Assembly (NCBI GenBank): GCA_964591955.1
Contig: CAZQBT010000001.1
Coordinates: forward strand, 371-64,370
From: an uncultured Brevinematales bacterium
GTDB lineage: Bacteria > Spirochaetota > Brevinematia > Brevinematales > CAZQBT01
Length of the DNA: 64,000 bases
Direction of reading: 5' to 3'
Both the position numbers and the translations under genes were made by a program. The notes below the pieces were generated by a model. It saw only the letters and a program-made list of their open reading frames with translations. It ran no database searches and had not been told where the DNA came from. Shown one piece after another: positions 39,551 to 47,988 of the stretch. The number at the start of each line of letters is the position of its first letter. Position 1 is the first letter of the stretch.

Positions 39551-39579
39551 ATTATAATGCAAAAGAATAAATAACGCAA
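39551..39579 (-). promoter_or_regulatory. Sigma70-type promoter of the fliP...flhG operon
   Basis: The minus strand reads TTGCGT (39579-39574), a 17-nt spacer, then TATAAT (39556-39551). Confidence 0.5.
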
Positions 39580-39627
39580 GACTTTTTTTTATTTATTTTT
39601 GTATTTTATGCACATTGTGCAAAAATG

Positions 39628-40035
39628 TTACCCGTCTTTGTCAAGACGGCATATTTTCGCCTTGCTCAAAACCCGCTTTTCATACATCAACACTATCGCT
39701 ATAACTACAACGCCGACACCGATTGCTATTAAAAGAGCCGCCCATTCCTCAAGCCCCAATTTTCCCATCAATAAAAAGGTCGATATTATAAATATTAGAG
39801 GCGCAATAAACAACAGAAAAGAAAACCAAATAGTCCTGCCTTCGCCGATTTCGATTTTTACATTATCTCCGATTTGGAAATTCGATTTGGAAACAATTTC
39901 GATAAAACGCCCGTCTTTATCTACCTTGCAGACGTTGCTTAATTTACATTGCGAACAGTCAAGCGTCTCTTCACCGAGAATCTCAATGCGGATTACCTCG
40001 TCTTTCGCCTCACGGACTATGCCTTTTTTCTCCAT
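39628..40035 (-). CDS. RseC/MucC-family (SoxR-reducing system) membrane protein
   Basis: The N-terminal Cys pair is DCSQCKLSNVC, followed by GDNVKIEI and then two TM helices. The ATG at 40035 follows GGAGAG. Confidence 0.7.
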   Translation of the reverse strand: MEKKGIVREAKDEVIRIEILGEETLDCSQCKLSNVCKVDKDGRFIEIVSKSNFQIGDNVKIEIGEGRTIWFSFLLFIAPLIFIISTFLLMGKLGLEEWAALLIAIGVGVVVIAIVLMYEKRVLSKAKICRLDKDG

Positions 40036-40116
40036 AATTCTCTCCATATAACTGTTTGAACTTATTATAGACTCTTTTGATAATTTAAGAAAGTTTTCGG
40101 CGTATTGCTTTTAAAA

Positions 40117-40893
40117 TTATTCCCTGAAGCCCCGAATCATCCCGCCTATATCGGAGGATTGCATCAGGCTCGTTCCGACAAGAACTCCGTCAAACCCCGC
40201 CTTTTTGAGCAATTGAATATCCTGCGATGATTTTACTGCGGAGAGCGAAAGTCTTATCCTGTCATCAGGTATAAATTCTATATTTCCGATTGAATGATAT
40301 AAATCGACTTCAAACGTAAAAAGGTTGCGGTTATTAATCCCGATAATTTCCGCCCCCAAATCTACGGCACGACGGATATTTTCAGGGGAATGGGCTTCAA
40401 CTAACGCCTCCATTCCGGCTCGCTTTGTCGCCTCAAAAAGCGAAACAAGCTCGTTATCATCCAGAATATCCGTTATAAGAAGAATCGCGCTTGCATTGCA
40501 ACGGGAAGCCAATTCTATCTGCACTGGGTCGATAATAAACTCCTTGCACAACACGGGAATACTAACCTTATTCGCAATATCCCGCAGAATATCAAAACTA
40601 CCGCCGAAAAATTTATTATCGGTCAATACCGAAATAGCGGTAGCGCCGTTTTGTTCATAAACAGACGCAATCTGCAGGGGGGAATCTCCATAATTGATTT
40701 TACCCTCCGACGGCGAACTGCGCTTTATCTCCGCGATAACGCCGAATTTATGCGCCCTGATAGCCTCGCTCAAAAACGGTCTTTCGGTTTTACCGTCAAT
40801 ATCGCCGAAAAGCTCCATCCCGGCTTTCATCGCTTCAACCTCGATAATCTTATTATGTATAACCGGCGCAAGCTTTCCGAGATTGCTTCTCAT
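40117..40893 (-). CDS. trpC: Indole-3-glycerol-phosphate synthase
   Basis: 258 aa with IAEIKRSSPSEG and VLTDNKFFGGS motifs. There is an ATGA overlap with the trpGD stop. Confidence 0.9.
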   Translation of the reverse strand: MRSNLGKLAPVIHNKIIEVEAMKAGMELFGDIDGKTERPFLSEAIRAHKFGVIAEIKRSSPSEGKINYGDSPLQIASVYEQNGATAISVLTDNKFFGGSFDILRDIANKVSIPVLCKEFIIDPVQIELASRCNASAILLITDILDDNELVSLFEATKRAGMEALVEAHSPENIRRAVDLGAEIIGINNRNLFTFEVDLYHSIGNIEFIPDDRIRLSLSAVKSSQDIQLLKKAGFDGVLVGTSLMQSSDIGGMIRGFRE

Positions 40894-42485
40894 TGTAAAA
40901 CCCCGCCGACCCGTTTAAGCACATCAAACGCCGAACCGTCGTCTATTGAGGATGAGGCGCGCTCCATCGCCTCCCTGAGGTCAACCCCCAGTGCGCAGTA
41001 AATAACCAAAGCGGAGTTTAAAACAACGGCTTTGCGAGGGTCACCTTTCTCCTCGCCCGAAAGGACGGCACGGATAAGAGCCGCGCTTTCATCGGCATCG
41101 GAAACTCTAAGATTATCCAAGCTACCCGAAAGCCCGAATTCTCCCGCGTCAATCTCCAAACTGCGGACATCCCCGTCAATAATTTCGCGTGCAAAGGTTT
41201 TGCCCTCAATGGTCGCCTCATCAAGTCCGCCCTCACCGTGAACCACAAGCGAATGCCTGTGCCCAAGTCGCAGGAACACCCCTGCGATAAGGTCAAGAAG
41301 AGATTGCGAAAACACGCCCATAACGTGATATTTCACCCCTGCGGGATTAACGATGGGTCCCAGTATATTGAAAATAGTGCGAACGCCCATTTCACGACGG
41401 ACAGGCATAACGTTTTTCATAGCGGGATGGTAAAGAGGGGCGAACATAAAAGCAAAACGGTTTTCCGCAAGAGACCGTGCCGCCTCATCGGCGCTCAATT
41501 TAATATTGACTCCGAGTTTTTCAAGCACGTCCGCAGAACCGCTCTTGCTGGTTATTGAACGGTTGCCGTGTTTTGCGATATATACGCCTGCGCCTGCGGC
41601 TACAAAAGCGCTTGCCGTGGAAATATTAAAAGTCCCCGAATGGTCTCCGCCTGTTCCGCAGGTATCGGCGATAGGAGACAAGTCGCTTTCCACGCGGTTT
41701 GCCGATAAAAACATTGAGCAGGCGCTTCCCGCTATCTCCTCTGCCGTTTCACCCTTGAGTTTTAACGCCATAAGATAGGATGCTATCTGGGCGGGGGATG
41801 CGTAACCCCCCATAATCGCATCCATTACCTCCGATGCCTCATCTTTCGACAGATTTTCACCCTCGGAAATTTTAGAAATAAAACCTCTGACCTTTCCCGA
41901 AATCTTACCGGTCTTATTCTTTACAACTATATCTACAAAATTCCTGATAATTTTTTTCCCGTCTTCGGTAAGAAAGGATTCGGGGTGAAACTGGATACCA
42001 TAGGTATCGCGCCCCTTTACGCGAAGCCCCATAATCTCGCCGTCATCACTGCGCGCGGTAGTCTCAAGTTCGGATGGAAAACTCTCGCGCTCGGCAACCA
42101 GCGAATGATAACGGATACCGTTTAAAGGATTAACAACCCCCTCAAAAATCCCCTCCCCGTTATGGTGCATAGCGGAAGTTTTACCATGCATAATATTCTT
42201 TGCCTGAATAATTTTACCGCCGAAAGCCTGGGCGATAGACTGATGACCGAGACATACGCCGAAAAGAGGAATATCCCCCGCACGCTCTATAAGTTCAAGA
42301 GAAATACCCGCATCATCGGGACGGCCGGGGCCCGGCGAAATAACGATACCATCGGGTAACAAGGCAAGCGCCTCATCCACGGAAACGGCATCGTTGCGAA
42401 AGACCTTAATATCGGAGTAAAACTCCCCGATATACTGCACTATGTTATAAATAAAAGAATCGTAATTATCAATCACCAAAATCAT
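40890..42485 (-). CDS. trpGD: Fused anthranilate synthase component II / anthranilate phosphoribosyltransferase
   Basis: The N-terminal GATase1 domain has MILVIDNYDSF, GVCLGHQ and a HPES-type triad. The C-terminal TrpD domain has CGTGGDHSGTFNISTA and KHGNRS motifs. Confidence 0.9.
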   Translation of the reverse strand: MILVIDNYDSFIYNIVQYIGEFYSDIKVFRNDAVSVDEALALLPDGIVISPGPGRPDDAGISLELIERAGDIPLFGVCLGHQSIAQAFGGKIIQAKNIMHGKTSAMHHNGEGIFEGVVNPLNGIRYHSLVAERESFPSELETTARSDDGEIMGLRVKGRDTYGIQFHPESFLTEDGKKIIRNFVDIVVKNKTGKISGKVRGFISKISEGENLSKDEASEVMDAIMGGYASPAQIASYLMALKLKGETAEEIAGSACSMFLSANRVESDLSPIADTCGTGGDHSGTFNISTASAFVAAGAGVYIAKHGNRSITSKSGSADVLEKLGVNIKLSADEAARSLAENRFAFMFAPLYHPAMKNVMPVRREMGVRTIFNILGPIVNPAGVKYHVMGVFSQSLLDLIAGVFLRLGHRHSLVVHGEGGLDEATIEGKTFAREIIDGDVRSLEIDAGEFGLSGSLDNLRVSDADESAALIRAVLSGEEKGDPRKAVVLNSALVIYCALGVDLREAMERASSSIDDGSAFDVLKRVGGVLQ

Positions 42486-42494
42486 ACCGCCCTC

Positions 42495-43916
42495 CTAAAT
42501 TATAGCCCGTAAAAGGGCTTTGGCTTTATTAATAGTCTCCTGATACTCTTTTTCAGGAACAGAGTCATAAACAATCCCCGCGCCGGCTTGTATATAAGCC
42601 GTATCGCCCTTATGGACAATAGTCCTGATAGCGATACAGGTATCGGTGTTGCCTGAAAAGTCGATATATCCGACAGCGCCGGCGTAAACGCCCCGCTTTT
42701 CGGGTTCAAGCTCCTCGATAATTTCCATAGCGCGAACCTTCGGCGACCCCGTTACCGTCCCTGCGGGAAAAGTCGCGCCGATAATATCTACCGCATCAAA
42801 TTTACCGTCGGGCTTGCCCAAAACATCGGATACTATATGCATAACATGGGAATATCGCTCAATATGGTAAGGGGCTTCAACCCTGATACTGCCGAACTCG
42901 CTAATCCTTCCGACATCATTACGCGCAAGGTCAAGCAGCATAGTATGCTCGGCAAGCTCCTTTTTGTCGGAAAGAAGGTCCTGTTCAATAGCCAAATCTT
43001 CCTCCCAGTTTTTCCCTCTCGGACGGGTTCCGGCTATCGGACGGACTATTACCTCGTCCTTATAACAATCGCGGGTGCGTTTTACCATAACCTCCGGTGA
43101 TGAACCCACTAAGGCAAATTCGGTAAAGTCGATATAAAACATATAGGGCGAGGGGTTAATCATACGAAGTTTTCGGTATATATCAAAAGGGGAGAGCGGG
43201 GTTTGAACCCTGAGACGCTGCGATAAAACCACCTGAAAAATATCCCCCGACACGATATATTCCTTAGCCTTTTCCACCGCATAGATAAAGTTTTCTTTTT
43301 TGAAATTTGAAATCAGGTTGATTTTACTGTTTTGCGACTCGACAATACGGGAAGGCGGTTTTGCGTTTAAAAGACGTGTCTCGTATTCATCAATAAGTTT
43401 ACGCGCTTCCGATTTGTCGGTTTCACTGTAAGCATAGCTTATCAAAACAAGTTTCTGCTTGATATGGTCGAAAGCGATAAGAATTTTAGGCAATACCAAA
43501 TAAATATCGGGAAGCTCAAGGCGGTCGGGTTTGGTATCGGGGATTTTCTCAAAATATCTGACCGAATCGTATGAGAAATATCCGAGAAGCCCTGCGCTGA
43601 AAGGAGGCAATCCTTCCACCTCGCTTTCCTTAAAACGCGACACCAAGCGTTTAACCTCATTAATCGGGTTATCGCAAGTCTTCTCTTCCTTGTCGCCTCT
43701 AAAATCAATAGATACGCGTTTCCCTTTAGCCTTAAACTCAAGCTCGGGGTCAAAACCGAGGAAGGAATATCGCCCCATTCGTTCCCCCATCTCGACACTT
43801 TCCAATAGAAACCCGATTTTGCCCTGTTCTTTGAGAGCAAGAAAAGCCGAAACCGGGGTTTCGATATCCGCCGCAATTTCCTTAAAAACCGGATATAATC
43901 GCACTTCCTTTTCCAT
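42495..43916 (-). CDS. trpE: Anthranilate synthase component I
   Basis: 473 aa with LLESVEMGERMGRYSF and chorismate-binding domain motifs (GAGIVYDS). Confidence 0.95.
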   Translation of the reverse strand: MEKEVRLYPVFKEIAADIETPVSAFLALKEQGKIGFLLESVEMGERMGRYSFLGFDPELEFKAKGKRVSIDFRGDKEEKTCDNPINEVKRLVSRFKESEVEGLPPFSAGLLGYFSYDSVRYFEKIPDTKPDRLELPDIYLVLPKILIAFDHIKQKLVLISYAYSETDKSEARKLIDEYETRLLNAKPPSRIVESQNSKINLISNFKKENFIYAVEKAKEYIVSGDIFQVVLSQRLRVQTPLSPFDIYRKLRMINPSPYMFYIDFTEFALVGSSPEVMVKRTRDCYKDEVIVRPIAGTRPRGKNWEEDLAIEQDLLSDKKELAEHTMLLDLARNDVGRISEFGSIRVEAPYHIERYSHVMHIVSDVLGKPDGKFDAVDIIGATFPAGTVTGSPKVRAMEIIEELEPEKRGVYAGAVGYIDFSGNTDTCIAIRTIVHKGDTAYIQAGAGIVYDSVPEKEYQETINKAKALLRAII

Positions 43917-43940
43917 AGTAAATCCCCTTGTTTTAATTTA

Positions 43941-43980
43941 TAAAACAAAAAAACCCCGCAGGGACTTTGTCCTGCGGGGG
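43941..43980 (-). terminator. Attenuator terminator of the trp leader
   Basis: The minus strand reads CCCCGCAGGAC-AAAG-TCCCTGCGGGG followed by TTTTTTTGTTTT, ending 24 nt before the trpE ATG. Confidence 0.8.
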
Positions 43981-44024
43981 TCTATTTCAAAAAATACATT
44001 TCACAAATAGACAGGCTTTCATCC

Positions 44025-44084
44025 CTAATCAACAAGAAGTAAGCGCCACCACCAAGAAAACAAGGATACAAAAGACCGTCTCAT
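44025..44084 (-). CDS. trpL: trp operon leader peptide (19 aa, three consecutive Trp codons)
   Basis: GGGAGA lies 7 nt before the ATG. The ORF ATG AGA CGG TCT TTT GTA TCC TTG TTT TCT TGG TGG TGG CGC TTA CTT CTT GTT GAT TAG encodes MRRSFVSLFSWWWRLLLVD*. It sits between a promoter and a terminator upstream of trpE and is too short for the ORF track. Confidence 0.75.
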   Translation of the reverse strand: MRRSFVSLFSWWWRLLLVD

Positions 44085-44111
44085 AAAAATTTCTCCCGTA
44101 TATTTGAACAT

Positions 44112-44140
44112 ATTTTATCAACCGTTTTTTATTTTGTCAA
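44112..44140 (-). promoter_or_regulatory. Sigma70-type promoter of the trp operon
   Basis: The minus strand reads TTGACA (44140-44135), a 17-nt spacer, then TAAAAT (44117-44112). Confidence 0.65.
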
Positions 44141-44177
44141 TTTTTTTATTAAGATTTTTCAGGGCATTTGTAAAAAC

Positions 44178-44531
44178 CTAAGCCCTGCAAAAAGCAATAG
44201 CATCCGACTCGGTTTCCTTGATTGTAAAAAGAGCCTTAAGACCGGTAAGCTGAATAATATGTTCGACTTCCTGTGAGGGTTTTAAAAAACAAGCCCTGCC
44301 TTTACCCTCAACCTTCTTAAAAATACTAACTAAAGTCCCGATACCCTGACTGTTAATATAACCAAGCTCCGATAAATCAAAGATAAATCTTAACGCACCT
44401 TTATCAAGCAAATCATTCAAAAAAACGCCGAACTTCATATTAGTCTCGGCATCAAGAACACCCGAAACTTTAACAATCCAAACGCCGTTTTTTTCTTCCG
44501 CGTGAATATCAAAACTATCTTTTACCTGCAT
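44178..44531 (-). CDS. STAS-domain anti-sigma-factor antagonist (RsbV/SpoIIAA-like)
   Basis: 117 aa with a conserved phosphorylatable Ser context (DLSELGYINSQGIGTLV). Confidence 0.85.
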   Translation of the reverse strand: MQVKDSFDIHAEEKNGVWIVKVSGVLDAETNMKFGVFLNDLLDKGALRFIFDLSELGYINSQGIGTLVSIFKKVEGKGRACFLKPSQEVEHIIQLTGLKALFTIKETESDAIAFCRA

Positions 44532-44535
44532 AAAC

Positions 44536-45051
44536 CTACCCGATTTTTTTTATAAGCCTGAGCATATTAACACCGTTTTCGGATTTATAAGAAATATCGT
44601 CAACAACCTTGCGAATCAGCATAATACCCCTTCCGCTTTCGGCAAAAGTATCGGCGGGACGTGATGCTAATTTCTCTTTAAGGTTGAAATTACACCCTTT
44701 CTTACCGTAATCCGTAATCATTATGGCAATCCCGTCGCTCTTAAAAAGTATATCAACAACAACTTTGCCCCTATGCTCCGGGTAAGAATGGGAAAAAATA
44801 TTTATTATGGATTCTTCTATTGCAAGAGTTAAATCAAAAACGAGGAACTTGTCGGAACTTGCACTTGCTATATGCTTAAACAGCACATTAACCAAAACAT
44901 TAAGCGCCCGAAGGGAATGAATATCGCCGTCCAAAGCTATTTTCACCCTGTTATCCGTTACTTCAAGGGATACGTCCTTTTTTATATCGTCAGGAAATTT
45001 TTTCAGATATTCCTCAAGGATTCCGCCTATAATTTTCTTATTAATCATCAT
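44536..45051 (-). CDS. Anti-sigma regulatory Ser/Thr kinase (RsbW/SpoIIAB-like, HATPase_c)
   Basis: Contains an N-box (ESIINIFSHS), G1 (ITDYGKKG) and G2 (ESGRGIMLI). The likely ATG is at 45051; the track start at 45075 is TTG. Confidence 0.8.
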   Translation of the reverse strand: MMINKKIIGGILEEYLKKFPDDIKKDVSLEVTDNRVKIALDGDIHSLRALNVLVNVLFKHIASASSDKFLVFDLTLAIEESIINIFSHSYPEHRGKVVVDILFKSDGIAIMITDYGKKGCNFNLKEKLASRPADTFAESGRGIMLIRKVVDDISYKSENGVNMLRLIKKIG

Positions 45052-45218
45052 TTCTGCCTCTGATTTTAGTTGCAACTAAGAATTTTTAAATTTTACTATT
45101 TACGGCAATATGCTTAGAATAATTTTATAACCTAATCGAATTTTAGTCAATAATAAAATCATTTCTCAATAAATAAAATAATCCTAAAGACTTGAAACCG
45201 TATGTTCAATCAAAATAT

Positions 45219-45247
45219 TTGAAAATAAACAAATAGGGTTATATAAT
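45219..45247 (+). promoter_or_regulatory. Sigma70-type promoter of the HD-domain gene
   Basis: TTGAAA (45219-45224), a 17-nt spacer, then TATAAT (45242-45247), 25 nt before the ATG. Confidence 0.5.
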
Positions 45248-45272
45248 AAAGCGAGAAAAAGGGAGGGTATTT

Positions 45273-45860
45273 ATGGAACAGGAACACCCGTTTATAAAAG
45301 ATGCGTATCTATTTGCGCAGGAAAAACATTTCGGGAAAAAAAGGCAATATATAAACCTGCCCTATTTTACACATCCGCTCGGGGTATATTTTAACGTTTA
45401 CAGCTTTACAAATAATATTGATATTCGCGTGGCGGCGTTATTACACGATACCGTAGAAAAAGGCGGTACAAGTATCCCGGAAATAGCGAGGAATTTTAAT
45501 CCCGAAATAGCAAATCTCGTTGCGGAAGTTACCAATGACGCGTATCAAATACAAGCGCATGGCAAAGCCAACTATCTCGTTGACAAGATAAACAAGATAA
45601 GCGCCGAGGCTCTTATTATAAAATTTGCCGACTTTATGGATAACATAGACGGGCTTCGCAAATTAAACCTGAAAGATAAAGAGCAGGCGGAATATGCAAA
45701 AGAGTACGTTACAATGACAATCTATATATTAAGCAATATTAAACGGGAACTTACTACCGAGCACGAAATCATGATAAAAAAAATCGGAGAAATGATAGAC
45801 CAGTATATCGGGCTAAGAAACGCCGTAGAGGAAGAAAAAAACAAAGGGACTGCCCCATAA
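45273..45860 (+). CDS. HD-domain phosphohydrolase (RelA/SpoT-type HD_4, small alarmone hydrolase-like)
   Basis: HPLGV...VAALLHDTVEKGGTSIPEIARNFNPEIANLVAEVTND matches the (p)ppGpp-hydrolase HD pattern. No synthetase domain is present. Confidence 0.75.
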   Translation: MEQEHPFIKDAYLFAQEKHFGKKRQYINLPYFTHPLGVYFNVYSFTNNIDIRVAALLHDTVEKGGTSIPEIARNFNPEIANLVAEVTNDAYQIQAHGKANYLVDKINKISAEALIIKFADFMDNIDGLRKLNLKDKEQAEYAKEYVTMTIYILSNIKRELTTEHEIMIKKIGEMIDQYIGLRNAVEEEKNKGTAP

Positions 45861-45965
45861 GCCATAGCACGGATATTTTTGCCGTTATCAAAAATACTAC
45901 GGCGCTTATTTTTTGCAAAATAAAAACACAGGCTGACGGGGCAGCCCCTAATAAAGTAAAATAAG

Positions 45966-46192
<227 letters not shown>

Positions 46193-46287
46193 ATCATTGG
46201 TTTTTTTATTTTTTAAGTCGGGCTATTGCATAAAACTTTCTCCGTTTTTTCCGATATGTTTACTAATACTCGACAACGGAGGACTCT

Positions 46288-46788
46288 ATGTTTGAGATTA
46301 AAAATATCGACGAATACGAAATTCTTACCCTTGATGCGGTAGAGGATTATAACCGCAAGGACTATAATAAGGCTTTAAAAAAGTTTCTATCGCTTGAGAA
46401 AGCCAACCCGAACAATATAAAAATCCACGAGGTGCTTGCTTTTACTTATATCCATCTCAATAAATTAGATAAAGCAAAGGAACAATACAAAATCTGCAAG
46501 GAACTGTTTATCAAACAACATCCCCATATTAAATTCGCCGAAAGAAGTTTTGAAGACTTGGTCGGAGAGGCGGGAGAAAAACAAAAGGCGGAACGCGAAT
46601 ATAATAAGATTATGCGGGCAAGGAAAAGCGAAAAAATTCTTGCAAGTTTCGACATCCCGTCAAAATTAGCAATATTGTATATGTCGGAGGGTAAATACGA
46701 CAAGGCGGAAAAAATACTTAAAGACTTCCGCAAAAAGGTTTTCGCAGCTATGGAAAACGAAAAAAAGAAAGAAGAGAAAGTCGCATAA
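46288..46788 (+). CDS. TPR-like hypothetical protein
   Basis: 166 aa. GGAGG precedes the ATG. It is helical and repeat-like (YNKALKKFLSLEKANPNN..., YDKAEKILKDF). Confidence 0.5.
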   Translation: MFEIKNIDEYEILTLDAVEDYNRKDYNKALKKFLSLEKANPNNIKIHEVLAFTYIHLNKLDKAKEQYKICKELFIKQHPHIKFAERSFEDLVGEAGEKQKAEREYNKIMRARKSEKILASFDIPSKLAILYMSEGKYDKAEKILKDFRKKVFAAMENEKKKEEKVA

Positions 46789-46937
46789 TGCCATTTTCCA
46801 AAATTTAACCGCCTATTATTTCAATCAAATACATAAGACAGGCGTATCAACAAATATTACCCGCAACCGCACCGATAAAGGCGCGGTTACGAATACATAG
46901 AATGTTTAACATCTGTTTAATTTAGTTCCGGAAAAAA

Positions 46938-47330
46938 CTAACTAACCTTCAAATCAGCCTTTGATTCCCAAAGCCCGTGAATATTGCAGTAAGATGTTGC
47001 AATCAAAGTGCCTGATTTTTCGGTTTTTAAACTTACGGTAGCTTCAGGCTCGCTATAAACCGAGCTTGTATCGGCGCCTTCCGTTGAAGCACCATGTGAT
47101 GCAAAATCATATTTGCCGATAAAATAAGGGTTTTTCTCGCCCTCGGGAAGAAAATACAGCTCTATCCAGACTATATGATGAGCGGTTGTATTGGGGTGAG
47201 GTATTTCCTTACCTACGCTGACCGTTACCTTAACTTTCTCACCTTTCTTAGAGGAAGCAGGTGCATCAATCACCGGAACGTGTTTTTCCGTCTTCCAATC
47301 GGCGCTCTTAAAAACTTCACCTATTGACAT
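46938..47330 (-). CDS. sor: Superoxide reductase (neelaredoxin-type, 1Fe-SOR)
   Basis: Contains EKHVP, HPNTTAHHIVWIE and CNIHGLW motifs (His4Cys iron site). The ATG at 47330 follows GGAGG. Confidence 0.9.
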   Translation of the reverse strand: MSIGEVFKSADWKTEKHVPVIDAPASSKKGEKVKVTVSVGKEIPHPNTTAHHIVWIELYFLPEGEKNPYFIGKYDFASHGASTEGADTSSVYSEPEATVSLKTEKSGTLIATSYCNIHGLWESKADLKVS

Positions 47331-47344
47331 AAAAACCTCCAAAT

Positions 47345-47851
47345 CTAAAATTTAACAAACTTCTCTTTAGCCACTCCGCAAACGGGGCATTTACCGGGTG
47401 TATCTTCCCCGAAATGGGTAAACCCGCAAACGGGACAGATATAAACGGGCTTGTTGTCAACATCCTTGCCCTGCTTTAAATTATCCAAAGCCTCCTCGTA
47501 GTAAGCGCGATGGATTTTTTCGGCTTCTATGGCATAATGGATAGATTTTTCCGCGCCCTTTTCGCCCTGAAGTTTGGCAATAACATCATAAGCCGGATAC
47601 ATCTCATCAATCTCAAAGCCCTCGCCGTCAATGCCCGCCTGTATATTTTCCTCAGTTGAACCTATATACCCGAGATTGCGGGCATGGTTGGTAGCATGAA
47701 CTCTCTCCGCATAGGCAATAGCCTCAAAGAGTTTTGCCAAATTAGCATAACCATCGGCTTTGGCTTTGTCGCTGAACGCAAGATATTTCATATGAGCCAT
47801 TGACTCGCCGGCAAAAGCATCACTCAACGCCCTTTTTGTCATCTCTTTCAT
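47345..47851 (-). CDS. rbr: Rubrerythrin
   Basis: The N-terminal diiron four-helix bundle shows an E..E..H pattern. The C-terminal rubredoxin-like segment is CPVCG...CPVCG. Confidence 0.9.
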   Translation of the reverse strand: MKEMTKRALSDAFAGESMAHMKYLAFSDKAKADGYANLAKLFEAIAYAERVHATNHARNLGYIGSTEENIQAGIDGEGFEIDEMYPAYDVIAKLQGEKGAEKSIHYAIEAEKIHRAYYEEALDNLKQGKDVDNKPVYICPVCGFTHFGEDTPGKCPVCGVAKEKFVKF

Positions 47852-47884
47852 ACTTTATGCCTCCTGTAATTTATATTTCTCTAA

Positions 47885-47934
47885 ATCATATTATTCTATT
47901 ATGATATTATATATAAAAGAAAAATAAACGTCAA
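47885..47934 (-). promoter_or_regulatory. rbr-sor promoter plus an adjacent palindrome
   Basis: The minus strand reads TTGACG (47934-47929), a 17-nt spacer, then TATAAT (47911-47906). It is immediately followed by ATCATA-n9-TATGAT (47905-47885). Confidence 0.5.
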
Positions 47935-47953
47935 GTGTAACAAAAAAATTATA

Positions 47954-47982
47954 TAAAAAAAGCGGAGGCTCAAAACCTCCGC
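47954..47982 (-). terminator. Rho-independent terminator after the symporter gene
   Basis: The minus strand reads GCGGAGG-uuuugag-CCTCCGC followed by TTTTTTTA. Confidence 0.7.
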
Positions 47983-47988
47983 AAATAT

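Noticed and set aside
43442-43948. 168-aa minus-strand ORF overlapping the trpE 5' half, and a 159-aa plus-strand ORF at 43531-44010.
   Set aside because: They are out of frame with or antisense to a canonical trpE, and the plus-strand ORF also runs through the attenuator terminator. No motifs are present.
44161-44195. CAGGGC-n18-GCCCTG inverted repeat overlapping the STAS gene stop, considered as the rsbWV terminator.
   Set aside because: The stem is 6 bp with an 18-nt loop. On the transcribed strand it is followed by an A-rich rather than U-rich tract, so it is not a convincing intrinsic terminator.
45072-45085. The 12-mer AACTAAGAATTT, shared between the 5' regions of the rsbW-like gene and the ferredoxin gene (46157-46168), considered as a common operator.
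   Set aside because: A single shared 12-mer is within chance expectation for all-against-all comparison of a 64-kb window on both strands, where hundreds of such pairs are expected under uniform composition. The surrounding palindromes also differ.
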